From an uncultured Gemmatimonadales bacterium (lineage in GTDB: Bacteria; Gemmatimonadota; Gemmatimonadetes; Longimicrobiales; RSA9), in NCBI GenBank assembly GCA_963798085.1, contig CAWCRS010000008.1, positions 448,001 to 512,000 on the forward strand: a stretch of 64,000 nucleotides of DNA. The letters are read 5' to 3'. Below are positions 20,084-30,581 of this stretch, piece after piece. The first letter of the stretch is position 1; every line of letters begins with the position of its first letter. The translations under genes were made by a program, and so were the position numbers. Below the pieces are notes generated by a model, which saw only the letters and a program-made list of their open reading frames with translations, made no database searches and was not told the origin of the DNA.

Positions 20084-20467
20084 CTAGGGTTTGAAGTCCT
20101 GATAGGCGCTGCGGCCGTCCGCCAGGTGGATGGTGACGCGGTACTGCACGCCGGCCGTGAGCACGCGCTCGGCGGAGGCGGTTTCCAGCGCGCCGGAAGG
20201 CACCACGCCCTGCGTCACGGGGGACTGGATGTTCTGATTGTTGGGGTCGGCCACGCGCCACACCACGACCGTCTCGTTCGACGTGCGCACCACATCCACC
20301 GAAAATGCCGCACCCGTGGTCCAGGTGTAGTTCGGCTGCATGCTGCCACCCACGGTGATCGAGAAGTCGCCACCCGAGCCATTGAGCGCATCCATCAGAT
20401 CCGTGCACGCGGTGAGCAGCAGTGCGGGCAGCACGACGAGACACAACACACGCGGCAGCGAGCGCAT
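20084..20467 (-). CDS. Hypothetical lipoprotein
   Basis: GGAGG RBS; signal peptide with lipobox LTA-C; beta-rich mature part. Confidence 0.7.
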   Translation of the reverse strand: MRSLPRVLCLVVLPALLLTACTDLMDALNGSGGDFSITVGGSMQPNYTWTTGAAFSVDVVRTSNETVVVWRVADPNNQNIQSPVTQGVVPSGALETASAERVLTAGVQYRVTIHLADGRSAYQDFKP

Positions 20468-20810
20468 CTTCCATTCCTCCCGGTCCGTCAGGTTCAGGCT
20501 TCGGTGGCACCGGCAGATCCACCGCTGCACGACCGTCGTTCGCGATCCCCGCAGCGCGGGGTAATGTAACCCCGAGCGACGGCCTCCGACCGGCGGACGA
20601 AGGCCCGGCGTGCCAACCCCGTGCCATCAGCTACCGCGCCGGGGCACGAAGCGTTCCTGCGCCGCGCCAGCGGGCGGCGCGCAAGCGGCTCAGCGCGCGT
20701 CTTCGTCCGCCGCTGCGCTACCGGCGGCGGGGTGCTCGCCGCGGCCCGCCCACGCCCTTACTTTCCGCCTGACCAATGGGGATGAACCCACAACCGTCAT
20801 GGAGCTGAGC

Positions 20811-21182
20811 ATGGCATCGGTGACCTTCACGCGCTGGAGCGACATACCCTGGGAGCGCCTGAACGAGAAGCTCGATCGCCGCCTGATCACCGGCGACTCG
20901 CTCATGCTGGCTCACGTGATGCTGCGCAAAGGCTGCGTCGTGCCTCGCCACCAGCACACGAATGAGCAGTTCACGTACATCCTGCAGGGCGTGCTCCGCT
21001 TCCGCATCGGCGAGGATGGCGGGGAAGTGATCGATGTGCACGGGGGCGAGGTGCTGCACATTCCGGCGAACGTCTGGCACGAAGCCGAGGCGCTGGAGGA
21101 CACGCTCGACATGGATGTGTTCTATCCGCCGCGCGAAGACTGGCTCAAGGGAACGGACGCGTACCTGCGCGGGAAGAAGTAG
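20811..21182 (+). CDS. Cupin domain protein
   Basis: VPRHQHTNEQFTYILQG and IPANVWHEA cupin motifs. Confidence 0.9.
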   Translation: MASVTFTRWSDIPWERLNEKLDRRLITGDSLMLAHVMLRKGCVVPRHQHTNEQFTYILQGVLRFRIGEDGGEVIDVHGGEVLHIPANVWHEAEALEDTLDMDVFYPPREDWLKGTDAYLRGKK

Positions 21183-21184
21183 CC

Positions 21185-21976
21185 GTGGACCTGGGACTGA
21201 AGGGCCGGGTCGCGCTGGTGGGCGGCTCGAGTCGCGGTCTGGGCCGCGCCATTGCCGAGGAGCTGGCGCTCGAGGGCGCCAACCTCGTGCTCGTGGCGCG
21301 CGGCCATGAAGCGCTCGAACGCACACGCCACGAGATTCATGCCGCTACCGGTGTGCACATCGTCGCGGTCGCGACGGACACCGCGACGCACGCCGGCGCG
21401 GAGCAGGTGATCGAAGCCGCACTGGGTGAGTTCGGTCGCGTCAATGTGCTGGTGACCAACACGGGCGGACCGCCCGCCGGGCCGTTCGAGAGTCTTGCGC
21501 CGGAAGCATGGCGCGACGCGTACGCCAACCTGCTGGAGAGCGTGCTCATCATGACGCGCGCCGTGCTGCCCGGCATGAAGCAGCGACGCTGGGGCCGCAT
21601 CATCCCCATCACGTCGATCGCGGTGAAGCAGCCCATCGACGATCTCATTCTGTCCAACAGCATCCGCGCCGCCGTGACCGGGTTCGCACGCACACTGGCC
21701 AACGAAGTCGCACACTTCGGCATCACCGTCAACACCGTGATGCCGGGCTACACGCGCACCGAGCGACTCGAGCACCTCGCGGAACACGTCGCCACGCGAC
21801 AGGGCCTGACCCACGCCGACCGACTGACGCTCTGGAACGCCGAGATCCCCATGCGCCGCATCGGCGAGCCCCGCGAGCTGGCCGCCCTCGTCGCCTTCCT
21901 CGCCTCCGCCCGCGCCAGCTACATCACGGGGAGCTCAATAGCCGTCGACGGCGGGTGGATCAGGTCGCTGCTGTGA
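21185..21976 (+). CDS. SDR family oxidoreductase
   Basis: ALVGGSSRGLG, LVTNTGGP, ITVNTVMPG, YITGSSIAVDGG. Confidence 0.93.
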   Translation: MDLGLKGRVALVGGSSRGLGRAIAEELALEGANLVLVARGHEALERTRHEIHAATGVHIVAVATDTATHAGAEQVIEAALGEFGRVNVLVTNTGGPPAGPFESLAPEAWRDAYANLLESVLIMTRAVLPGMKQRRWGRIIPITSIAVKQPIDDLILSNSIRAAVTGFARTLANEVAHFGITVNTVMPGYTRTERLEHLAEHVATRQGLTHADRLTLWNAEIPMRRIGEPRELAALVAFLASARASYITGSSIAVDGGWIRSLL

Positions 21977-21980
21977 GCCG

Positions 21981-22211
21981 GAACGGCGTTGCTGGGGCTG
22001 GTTGCTGGGGCTGGTTGCTCGGGAACCGAAACGTGCTCATAACCATGCGTTAGAGTCGATGCACCGTGACGAGCGCTCCGTTCCTGCGAGGCTTCCCTCC
22101 TCTGACAAGGCATTGTCCGTTCCCCGGCAACCAGCCCGAGCCCCAGCAACGAGATCGAATCTGTTCTGTTCCGGCCGTTCCCCAGCAGTCCAGCCCCAGC
22201 AACCAGCAACG
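21981..22211. repeat. Intergenic inverted-repeat element, family A (13-bp unit GTTGCYGGGGCTG)
   Basis: Left arm 21981-22026 matches 42950-42995 at 43/46 bases; degenerate inverted copies at 22119-22151 and 22177-22211. Confidence 0.85.
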
Positions 22212-22215
22212 TCCG

Positions 22216-23160
22216 ATGAAGCCTGACGGACACGAAGCTCCACGCATAGCCTCCCTGCTGGCGAGCGCAACCGAGATCGTGGTCGCGCTGGGTCTGGAGG
22301 ACCGGCTGGTCGCGATCAGTCACGAGTGCGACTATCCGGCGAGAGTGCTGGACCGGCCACGCGTGAGCCGGCCGCGCTTCGATCCGGCGGGGCTGGAGAG
22401 CGGCGCCATCGATCGCGCGGTGCGTGAGGCCATGGCCGAGCACGGGAGTGTCTACCAGATCGATGGTGAGCAGCTGGCGGCGCTCGAGCCCACGCTCATC
22501 CTCACGCAGGCCGTGTGCGAAGTGTGCGCGGTGCCCACGCCGGGCGTGCGACAGGTGGTGGAAGAGCGGCACATCCCCGCCACGGTGCTGTCCCTCGATG
22601 CACATACCGTAGACGACGTACTGCATTCCATTGTTGCCGTCGGGGCAGCGGCGGGTGTGCCGGATCAGGCGCAGCGCGTCGTGGCGGAACTGCGCGCGCG
22701 CATTGAGCGCGTGCGTGAAGCAGTTGCGCCGTTCCCGCGCCCGCGTGTGCTCGCCATTGAGTGGCTGGATCCGCCGTTCGTGCCCGGGCACTGGGGGCCG
22801 GAGATGATCGAGCTGGCTGGCGGTCTCAATCTCGCCGGCGAAGCCGGCCGGCGCTCGCAGCAGCTCGCGTGGAGTGCGCTGGCCGGGCTCGATCCCAATG
22901 TGCTGCTGATCATGCCGTGCGGCTACGGTGTGGCCGGAGCGCTGGCCGATGCGGATCGCTTCGCGGACGCGCTGCGCGCGGTTGCGCCGCGCGCGATTGC
23001 GAGCGGCAACGCCTGGGCGCTCGATGGCTCGTCGTATTTCAATCGCTCGGGCCCGCGCGTGGTCGATGGCATTGAGATCCTGGCGCGTGTGCTGCACCCG
23101 GCGCTGGGCAGTCCGCCGCCGCAGGCGGCCGTGCGCTGGCCCGCGCCGTCGCAAGACTGA
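22216..23160 (+). CDS. BtuF-like cobalamin/iron-siderophore substrate-binding family protein
   Basis: RIASLLASATEIV..LG..LVAISHECDYP, EWLDPPFVPGHW, FNRSGPRVVDGIE. Confidence 0.88.
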   Translation: MKPDGHEAPRIASLLASATEIVVALGLEDRLVAISHECDYPARVLDRPRVSRPRFDPAGLESGAIDRAVREAMAEHGSVYQIDGEQLAALEPTLILTQAVCEVCAVPTPGVRQVVEERHIPATVLSLDAHTVDDVLHSIVAVGAAAGVPDQAQRVVAELRARIERVREAVAPFPRPRVLAIEWLDPPFVPGHWGPEMIELAGGLNLAGEAGRRSQQLAWSALAGLDPNVLLIMPCGYGVAGALADADRFADALRAVAPRAIASGNAWALDGSSYFNRSGPRVVDGIEILARVLHPALGSPPPQAAVRWPAPSQD

Positions 23161-23233
23161 CCGGCGCCGCACGCAGCCGCGCGCGGCGCACGCAATCGCC
23201 TGTTACCACAACCAGACACGCGGAGAACCACGG

Positions 23234-24940
23234 ATGCAGGCGCCAACCGGAAAGCCGGAAGCGGGACCCCTGGATCGACGGGCATTCGTCGCCTTCTTCA
23301 GTGGTATTGGTCTGGGCGGCACGCTGCTGCCGGGCGTGCTCTGGGCGCAGGCGCAGCCGCAGGGCGTGGTCACGACGGCGATGATCAGCGATGCGGAGAA
23401 GATCGCCGGCCTCGAGTTCACGGATGCGGAACGCGAGGCCATGGCCAGAGGCCTGGATCAGAATCTGCGCGCCTGGGAGCAGGTGCGCGCGGTGGAGCTG
23501 CCCAACGCCGTGAGCCCCGCCTTCATCTTCGATCCCGTGCCGCCGGGCATGGCGCTGCCGTCGGAGCGCCGCAAACTGCGTGTCAGTGATGCGCCGCGCG
23601 TCGAGCGGCCCGCCAATCTCGAGGAAGCGGCGTTCTGGAGCGTGCGCCAGCTGGCCGAGCTGGTGCGCACACGCGGCGCCACGGCTACGGAACTGACCCG
23701 GATGTACCTCGCCCGGCTGAAGCGCCACGGCCCCACGCTGCAGGCGGTGATCACGCTCACGGAAGAGCGCGCCATGGACCAGGCGAAGCGCGCCGACCAG
23801 GAGATCGCGGCCGGTCGTTATCGCGGACCCCTGCACGGCATACCGTGGGGCGCTAAGGATCTGTTTGCCGTGAGCGGCTACCGCACGACGTGGGGGGCGA
23901 AGCCGTACGCAGACCAGCTGCTCGATGTGGACGCGACGGTCGTGCAGCGGCTCGACGAAGCCGGCGCCATTCTCATTGCCAAGCTCACCCTGGGCGCGCT
24001 GGCGCAGGGCGATCAATGGTATGGCGGCCAGACGAAGAACCCGTGGAACCTGGAGCAGGGCTCGAGCGGCTCTTCCGCCGGATCCGCGGCGTGCACGGCC
24101 GCCGGCCTCGTGGGTTTCGCGCTGGGCACGGAAACGCAGGGTTCCATCGTCTCGCCGTCCACGCGCTGCGGCGTCACGGGACTGCGGCCCACGTTCGGGC
24201 GCGTCAGCCGCCATGGCGCCATGGCGCTGTGCTGGACCATGGACAAGGTGGGACCGCTCTGCCGCAGCGTGGAAGACTGCGCGCTGGTGTTCGCGGCCAT
24301 TCAGGGACCGGACGGCCACGACAACACGGTGCGTGACCTGCCCTTCAACTGGGACGCGACGGTGAAGCCCGAAGGCCTGCGCGTCGGCTATCTGAAGAGC
24401 GCGTTCGACGAGGATCACGAGACGAAGGTCTTCGACGACGCGTCGCTCGCCGTGCTGCGCCGCATGGGCGTGAACCCGGTGCCGGTGGCGCTGCCCGATG
24501 CCTACCCGGTGGCGCCGCTGCGCACCATCCTGAACGTGGAATCCGCAGCCGCGTTCGACGAGCTGACACGCAGCAACCGCGACGATCTGATGGAGCGCAG
24601 CACCTGGCCCAACAGCTTCCGCACCGCGCGCCTGATCCCCGCGGTCGAGTACATCCAGGCCATGCGCCTGCGCACCCGCGTCATGGCGGCCACTAACGAA
24701 GCGTTAAAGGACATCGACGTGCTGGTGGCGCCGTCGCTGGCCGGCAATCTCGTCGCGCACACCAATCACACGGGCCACCCGTGCGTGGTCCTGCCCAGCG
24801 GCTTCCGCGAGAACGGCACGCCCGTGAGCCTCTCGTTCATCGGCCGGCTCTACGGCGAGGCGGAGGCACTGGCGCTGGCGAAGGCGTACCAGGACGCCAC
24901 CGACTTCCACACGAAGCACCCGCCGCTGTTCCGCACATGA
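23234..24940 (+). CDS. Amidase signature family protein with Tat-like N-terminus
   Basis: DRRAFV twin-arginine; GPLHGIPWGAKDL, GSSGSSAGSA, GTETQGSIVSP amidase signature. Confidence 0.92.
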   Translation: MQAPTGKPEAGPLDRRAFVAFFSGIGLGGTLLPGVLWAQAQPQGVVTTAMISDAEKIAGLEFTDAEREAMARGLDQNLRAWEQVRAVELPNAVSPAFIFDPVPPGMALPSERRKLRVSDAPRVERPANLEEAAFWSVRQLAELVRTRGATATELTRMYLARLKRHGPTLQAVITLTEERAMDQAKRADQEIAAGRYRGPLHGIPWGAKDLFAVSGYRTTWGAKPYADQLLDVDATVVQRLDEAGAILIAKLTLGALAQGDQWYGGQTKNPWNLEQGSSGSSAGSAACTAAGLVGFALGTETQGSIVSPSTRCGVTGLRPTFGRVSRHGAMALCWTMDKVGPLCRSVEDCALVFAAIQGPDGHDNTVRDLPFNWDATVKPEGLRVGYLKSAFDEDHETKVFDDASLAVLRRMGVNPVPVALPDAYPVAPLRTILNVESAAAFDELTRSNRDDLMERSTWPNSFRTARLIPAVEYIQAMRLRTRVMAATNEALKDIDVLVAPSLAGNLVAHTNHTGHPCVVLPSGFRENGTPVSLSFIGRLYGEAEALALAKAYQDATDFHTKHPPLFRT

Positions 24941-25608
24941 GACAGGAGCATCTCGCGGTCACGCGTCACGCCCGCCTCTGTCTCCTGGGCGAAGCCGGGC
25001 CCGGCGTGCGCGAGGTCTGGATCGCGGTCCACGGCTACGGGCAGCTGGCCGGGCGCTTCCTGCGACGCTTCGCCACGCTCGCGGACGGCACCCGCCTGAT
25101 CGTCGCGCCCGAGGCGCTCAACCGCTTCTACGTCGAGGGCGGGATGGGACCGCACGGGCCGGAGACACGCGTGGGCGGCACCTGGATGACGAGCGAAGAT
25201 CGGCTGGTCGACATCGACGACTACGTCGCCTACCTGGACGCCGTGCACGACTACGCGGTCCGGGGACTGGACCGGTCCGCCATGCGGGTAGTGGCGCTGG
25301 GCTTTTCGCAGGGGATGTCCACCATAGCGCGCTGGGCCGCGCGCAGTGCCGCACGGGTAGACGACCTGATCCTCTGGGCGGGGAGCTTCCCGCCCGAGAT
25401 GGACGTGCGGCCGGACCTGTTTGGCGGCGCTCGCCTGTCGCTGGTCTACGGCACACAGGATCGTTACGCGAACGAGGCGATGATCCTCGGGCTGGTGCAG
25501 CGGCTGCAGGCCGGTGGTATCGATCCCGCGATCGTGCGCTATCCGGGCGGTCACGAAATCGAGCAGGCGACGCTTCGCAGTCTGGCATCGCCGGCCGCTT
25601 CGCCATAG
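24937..25608 (+). CDS. Alpha/beta hydrolase (phospholipase/carboxylesterase)
   Basis: HGYGQ, GFSQG nucleophile, G..D, GGH; ATGA overlap with the amidase stop. Confidence 0.9.
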   Translation: MRQEHLAVTRHARLCLLGEAGPGVREVWIAVHGYGQLAGRFLRRFATLADGTRLIVAPEALNRFYVEGGMGPHGPETRVGGTWMTSEDRLVDIDDYVAYLDAVHDYAVRGLDRSAMRVVALGFSQGMSTIARWAARSAARVDDLILWAGSFPPEMDVRPDLFGGARLSLVYGTQDRYANEAMILGLVQRLQAGGIDPAIVRYPGGHEIEQATLRSLASPAASP

Positions 25609-25739
25609 GCCGCGGGCTTCTGCACAAGAGGCGGACGATCGGGGCGCAAGTCCGGGCCGCCGGTGTATGAAGGCCACGCCCCGCAGTCCAGGGGTCTGTC
25701 CGGAGGTCCCATCACGCATGTGCGGTACCGTGAAAAGCG

Positions 25740-26867
25740 ATGAAGCGTAACGGCCTGCCGGCCGCCCGGCCGGCCGAGCTTCCACCCGGCTGGGCGCTGC
25801 GCCGTTACGAAGTCGCGCTGATCCTGGCCGGCTGGTCCGCGGTCGGCATCGTCTTCACCGGGCAGCTGCTGGCGTACACGGCGCAGATCGGGCTGGGCTG
25901 GTCGATCTGGCAATCGGCAGCGGTGGCGTTCACGCAGGCGACGGCGTGGGCCATGATCACCATCGTCGCCTTCGCCCTGTCCCGCCGCTTTCCGCTGGAC
26001 CAGAAGCCTCGCCTGGCAAGACTGCTCATCCACACCGTTGCCAGCATGGTGCTCGCCACGATGGAAGTCGTCATCGAGTACGGGTTCGGCGTCATCGTGC
26101 GGCCCGTGCGGCCGGGTCCCTTCATGGAGGCGTTCTTCCAGGGTTTCCCGTTCAACGTGGTAGTGGTGTGGATGATGGTGGGCGTGGCGCACGGCCTCAT
26201 GTTCTACCGCCGGTACCGCGAGCGTGATGCGCAAGCCGCGGCGCTGACCAGCCGGCTGGCGCTCGCGGAGCTGCAGGTGCTGAAGTCGCAGCTGCACCCG
26301 CATTTCCTGTTCAATGCACTGAACACGATTTCCGCGCTCATGCACCGGGATGTGAAGTCGGCGGACCGCATGATTGCGCGGCTCAGCGATCTGCTGCGTG
26401 CCGCTCTGGAACACACGGCGGAGCAGGAGGTCTCACTGCTGGAGGAGCTGAATTTCCTCGAGTCGTATCTGGAGATCGAACGTACCCGCCTGGCGGACCG
26501 CCTCACCATCGAGGTGGATGTGCCGCCCAACGTGCTGGATGCGCGCGTGCCGCACATGATCCTGCAGCCGCTGGTGGAGAATGCCATTCGCTACGGCGTC
26601 GCGCCGCGCGCGGCGCCCGGTCACGTCACCATCCGGGCACGTGGCCGCCGCGACATGCTGGACATCGAAGTGCTGGATGACGGTCCGGGCATGCGTCCCG
26701 GACGGTCGCCTAACGGTGGGTTGGGCCTGGCGAACACCTTCGCCCGGCTGCAGAAGCTGTACGGAGAGCAGTTCAGTTTCGAGCCGCGCAATCGCGCCGA
26801 AGGCGGGTTTCGTGTCTCGCTGTCCATTCCCTTCGACCCCATCGACGAGGACGTAGCCGCCGAGTGA
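25740..26867 (+). CDS. LytS/YehU-type membrane sensor histidine kinase
   Basis: LKSQLHPHFLFNALNTI, LQPLVENAIRYG, DDGPG, GLGLAN; N-terminal TM helices. Confidence 0.95.
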   Translation: MKRNGLPAARPAELPPGWALRRYEVALILAGWSAVGIVFTGQLLAYTAQIGLGWSIWQSAAVAFTQATAWAMITIVAFALSRRFPLDQKPRLARLLIHTVASMVLATMEVVIEYGFGVIVRPVRPGPFMEAFFQGFPFNVVVVWMMVGVAHGLMFYRRYRERDAQAAALTSRLALAELQVLKSQLHPHFLFNALNTISALMHRDVKSADRMIARLSDLLRAALEHTAEQEVSLLEELNFLESYLEIERTRLADRLTIEVDVPPNVLDARVPHMILQPLVENAIRYGVAPRAAPGHVTIRARGRRDMLDIEVLDDGPGMRPGRSPNGGLGLANTFARLQKLYGEQFSFEPRNRAEGGFRVSLSIPFDPIDEDVAAE

Positions 26868-26881
26868 GGACGCCTGTGAAG

Positions 26882-27640
26882 ATGAGAGTTCTGATCGCCG
26901 AGGATGAGCCGCTCGCGCGCGAGCGCATCCGTGCCCTGCTGAACGAAGAGACGGACGTGGAGATCGCCGCCGAATGCCCGGACGGCCGTTCCGCGGTCAA
27001 TGCCATCCGCCTGCACGATCCCGACCTGGTGTTTCTCGACGTGAACATGCCGGAGCTGAACGGTTTCAATGTGATCCGCGAGATCGGCGCCGAGGCCATG
27101 CCGCCCGTGATTTTCGTGACCGCGTACGACCAGTTCGCGGTGCAGGCCTTCGATGCGCACGCGCTGGACTACGTACTCAAGCCGTTCGATGAGGAGCGCT
27201 TTCGCACGGCCGTCGAGCGCGCGCGGGAAGCGCTGACGCGCAACAGCACGGATTCGCTGGACCGCCGCCTGAACGATCTGCTGCAGGGACTGGGCGGCCG
27301 CCCGCGCTACGTCGAGCGCCTGGCCGTGAAGTCCGGCGGCAAGATCATCTTCCTCAAGACCGAGGAAGTGACGTGGATCGGCGCCGAGGGCAACTACGCG
27401 CGGCTGCACGCCGGCAAGCGCTCCTACCTCATGCGCGAGACCATGTCCAACCTGGAGTCGAAGCTGGATCCCGGTCGCTTCATCCGTATCCACCGCTCGA
27501 CCATTGTGAGCACCGATGCGATTGCCGAGCTGGAGCCACTGTTCCAGGGTGACTACGTGGTGGTGCTGCGCGATGGCACTCGCCTCACGTCCAGTCGCGG
27601 GTACCGCGGCAACCTGCAGGCGTTCATGAACGAGGGCTGA
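26882..27640 (+). CDS. LytTR family response regulator
   Basis: IAEDEPLAR, FLDVNMP, FVTAY, DYVLKP, FIRIHRSTIV; the start could also be GTG 26864 or 26876. Confidence 0.95.
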   Translation: MRVLIAEDEPLARERIRALLNEETDVEIAAECPDGRSAVNAIRLHDPDLVFLDVNMPELNGFNVIREIGAEAMPPVIFVTAYDQFAVQAFDAHALDYVLKPFDEERFRTAVERAREALTRNSTDSLDRRLNDLLQGLGGRPRYVERLAVKSGGKIIFLKTEEVTWIGAEGNYARLHAGKRSYLMRETMSNLESKLDPGRFIRIHRSTIVSTDAIAELEPLFQGDYVVVLRDGTRLTSSRGYRGNLQAFMNEG

Positions 27641-27697
27641 CCGCGCCCGCCCGGACACACGACAACAACCGCGGCGCGTGCCGCGCATCGGAGAAGC

Positions 27698-29284
27698 ATG
27701 AAACAGCTTGTCAGCCTGACAGCTCTGGCGATCGCGCTGGCCGCCTGCGCGGGCAACCCGCCGCTCGCCTCGACCCGGCGGCCGACGTCCACTGCGCAGG
27801 GCGCTAACAGTGCGTCAGAGAGCAGCAGCAGCGCCGCCCTGGCGCGCGCGGCCGCCACCATCACGCCGGAAGACATGTACCGGCGCATCGCCTATCTCTC
27901 CAGTGATGCGCTGGGCGGGCGTGACACGCCGAGCCCCGGCCTGGAGACGGCGGCCGCCTGGGTGGCCGATCAGTTCCGGACGTTCGGCCTGCGCCCCGCC
28001 GGCGACAGCGGCACGTACGTGCAGCGCTGGCCCTACAAGCGGTCCTCGTTCATCGTGAGCGGCACAACGCTGCGCATCGCCGCGGGCAGCAGCGCGGTGA
28101 CGCCCATCATTGGCGCCGACTTCTTTCTGCTGCCGGCGGCGGGCGTCCCCGGTGCGACCGGCACACTGGTGTGGGCCGGTACCGCGCACGCAGGCCGCGC
28201 CGCACTGGGACCCGAAGTGGCGCGCAGATTCGTCGCGTTCTTTCTGCCGGGCAAGGATACCGACAAGGACTGGCAGGCTGGCATCCAGGCCGCCGCCCTG
28301 GCCGCCCTGGGCGCCGGCCCCGCGGGCGTGATCGTCATCCTCGATCCCGCGTTCGACGATGGCGAGATCAGCCAGATCGTGGGCGAGACCGCCGCCCAGG
28401 AGCTGCCCGCGTTTCTGATCGGACTCAGTTACGCCTCCGCGAAGCAGGTCTTCTCGGCCGCGGGCCAGGACCTGGATGCGCTGCGCAGCGGGAAGGCGAC
28501 GACGCTGCTTCCGCTCTCCAACACCAATGTCAGCATCAGCGTGGCCCGCGAGGTGAACGAGTCGCAGCCACCCAACGTCGTCGGCATCCTCGAAGGCAGT
28601 GATCCCGCACTGCGCAACGAGTACGTCGTGGTGGGCGGCCACATGGATCACATCGGCATCGGTCCGCCCGATGCGTCCGGTGATTCCATCTTCAATGGCG
28701 CCGACGATGATGCCTCCGGCACTTCCACCATGATCGAAGTGGCACAGGCGTTCGCGTCGCTGCCGGCACGGCCCGCGCGCTCCATGATCTTCCTGGGCGT
28801 GAGCGGCGAAGAGAAAGGCCTGCTCGGATCCGCGTATTTCACGGAGCACACGCCCGTGCCCAGGGACCACATCGTCGCGGACATCAACCTGGACATGGTG
28901 GGGCGCAACGCGCCGGATACGGTCGTCGCCATTGGTCAGGACTACTCGTCGCTCGGCCCCGTGACGCAGAAGATCGCGAAGCAGCATCCCGAGCTGGGCC
29001 TGGTCGTCGCCCCCGATCTATGGCCCGAGGAAGGTCTGTTCTTCCGCAGCGATCATTTCAACTTCGCCAGGGCCGGCATCCCGGCCATCTTCTTCACCAC
29101 CGGCCTGCACCCGCAGTATCACAAGCAGTCCGATGAAGTGCAGCTGATCGACGAGGACAAGGTCAGCCGTGTCGGCAGGCTCGTCTTCTACCTCGCCTGG
29201 GAGGTGGCCAACGCGCCGCAGGCGCCGAAATGGACGGCGAAGGGGCTTTCCGACGTGCGCGCCATGACCGCCAACGTGCACTGA
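27698..29284 (+). CDS. M28 family metallopeptidase, lipoprotein
   Basis: Lipobox LAA-C; GHMDH, NGADDDASG, GEEKGLLGS, NLDMVG, RSDH, YH. Confidence 0.93.
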   Translation: MKQLVSLTALAIALAACAGNPPLASTRRPTSTAQGANSASESSSSAALARAAATITPEDMYRRIAYLSSDALGGRDTPSPGLETAAAWVADQFRTFGLRPAGDSGTYVQRWPYKRSSFIVSGTTLRIAAGSSAVTPIIGADFFLLPAAGVPGATGTLVWAGTAHAGRAALGPEVARRFVAFFLPGKDTDKDWQAGIQAAALAALGAGPAGVIVILDPAFDDGEISQIVGETAAQELPAFLIGLSYASAKQVFSAAGQDLDALRSGKATTLLPLSNTNVSISVAREVNESQPPNVVGILEGSDPALRNEYVVVGGHMDHIGIGPPDASGDSIFNGADDDASGTSTMIEVAQAFASLPARPARSMIFLGVSGEEKGLLGSAYFTEHTPVPRDHIVADINLDMVGRNAPDTVVAIGQDYSSLGPVTQKIAKQHPELGLVVAPDLWPEEGLFFRSDHFNFARAGIPAIFFTTGLHPQYHKQSDEVQLIDEDKVSRVGRLVFYLAWEVANAPQAPKWTAKGLSDVRAMTANVH

Positions 29285-29433
29285 AGCGGGTGGCGTGACT
29301 GGCGCCCGCGGTTGCGGCGGGGCCCGTCGCCTTGACAGTTGTCGTTGCCGCGGCCAGAGGCGGGTGGGTGCGAAGCAGACCTGCATAACATGACATTATC
29401 AGGGAGCCGGGCCCTTCGTGAACGGAGAGGTCG

Positions 29434-30573
29434 ATGCGGGAGGAATTGCGGGAAGCGGTGCGCGCGCTGTGCCGGCGCTACGGCGAGGCGTACTGGCAGC
29501 GCATCGACCGCGAGCGGGCCTATCCGGAAGCGTTCGTACAGGAGCTGACCGAACAGGGCTGGCTGGCCTGCCTCATCCCCGCCGAATACGGCGGCGCCGG
29601 CCTGCACACCGCGGATGCCGGTGTCATCCTCGAGGAAGTGAACCGCTCGGGCGCGAATTCCGCCGCTTGCCACGCGCAGATGTACACCATGAGCGTACTG
29701 CTGCGCCACGGCTCGGAGCAGCAGAAGCGTGCGTATCTGCCGCGCATCGCCCGCGGTGAGCTGCGCCTGCAGGCGTTCGCCGTGACGGAGCCCGATGCCG
29801 GTTCCGATACTACCCGCATCAGCACGACAGCCGAGCGCAGCGGCGACCACTACGTGGTGCGCGGGCGCAAGGTGTTCATCTCCCGCGTGCAGCACTCCGA
29901 CCTCATGATCCTGCTGGCGCGCACATCGCCGCGCGAGCAGGCGAAGAAGAAGACCGACGGCCTGAGCGTCTTCCTGGTGGATCTGCGGCAGGCCGGGAAC
30001 GCCCTCAGCGTGCATCCCATCGAGACCATGATCAACCACGAGACGAACGAGGTGGTGTTCGATGGCCTCGAAGTGCCGGTGCAGAATCGCATTGGCGAGG
30101 AAGGCGAGGGCTTCACGTACATCCTGAGCGGCATGAACGCGGAGCGCATCCTGCTCGCATCGGAATCGATCGGCGATGCGCTGTTTTTCATCGACCGCGC
30201 CAGCGCGTACGCCGGCCAGCGCATCGTGTTCGACCGACCCATTGGCCGGAACCAGGGCGTGCAGTTCCCGCTGGCCGAGGCGTACATCCGGACCCGCGCG
30301 GCCGCGGCGCTGCGTGATGAAGCGGCCGCGCGCTTCGATGCCGGCGAGCCCGCCGGACCCGAGGCGAACATGTGCAAGTACGCGGCATCGGAAGCGGCGT
30401 GGCAAGCGGCGAATGCCGCCATGACCACGTTTGGCGGCTATGGCCTGAGCGCCGAATACGGCATCGAGCGCAAGTTCCGCGAGGCCCGCCTCTATCTCGT
30501 TGCGCCTGTCTCGAACAACCTGATCCTCGGCTACGTGGGCCAGCACGTGCTGGGCATGCCGAAGTCGTGGTGA
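29434..30573 (+). CDS. Acyl-CoA dehydrogenase
   Basis: IPAEYGGAG, FAVTEPDAGSD, ERILLA, FDRPIGRNQGVQF, FGGYG. Confidence 0.95.
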   Translation: MREELREAVRALCRRYGEAYWQRIDRERAYPEAFVQELTEQGWLACLIPAEYGGAGLHTADAGVILEEVNRSGANSAACHAQMYTMSVLLRHGSEQQKRAYLPRIARGELRLQAFAVTEPDAGSDTTRISTTAERSGDHYVVRGRKVFISRVQHSDLMILLARTSPREQAKKKTDGLSVFLVDLRQAGNALSVHPIETMINHETNEVVFDGLEVPVQNRIGEEGEGFTYILSGMNAERILLASESIGDALFFIDRASAYAGQRIVFDRPIGRNQGVQFPLAEAYIRTRAAAALRDEAAARFDAGEPAGPEANMCKYAASEAAWQAANAAMTTFGGYGLSAEYGIERKFREARLYLVAPVSNNLILGYVGQHVLGMPKSW

Positions 30574-30581
30574 GCGCGACG

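Noticed and set aside
29332..29337. TTGACA hexamer upstream of the acyl-CoA dehydrogenase
   Set aside because: No plausible -10 element at 16-18 bp spacing.
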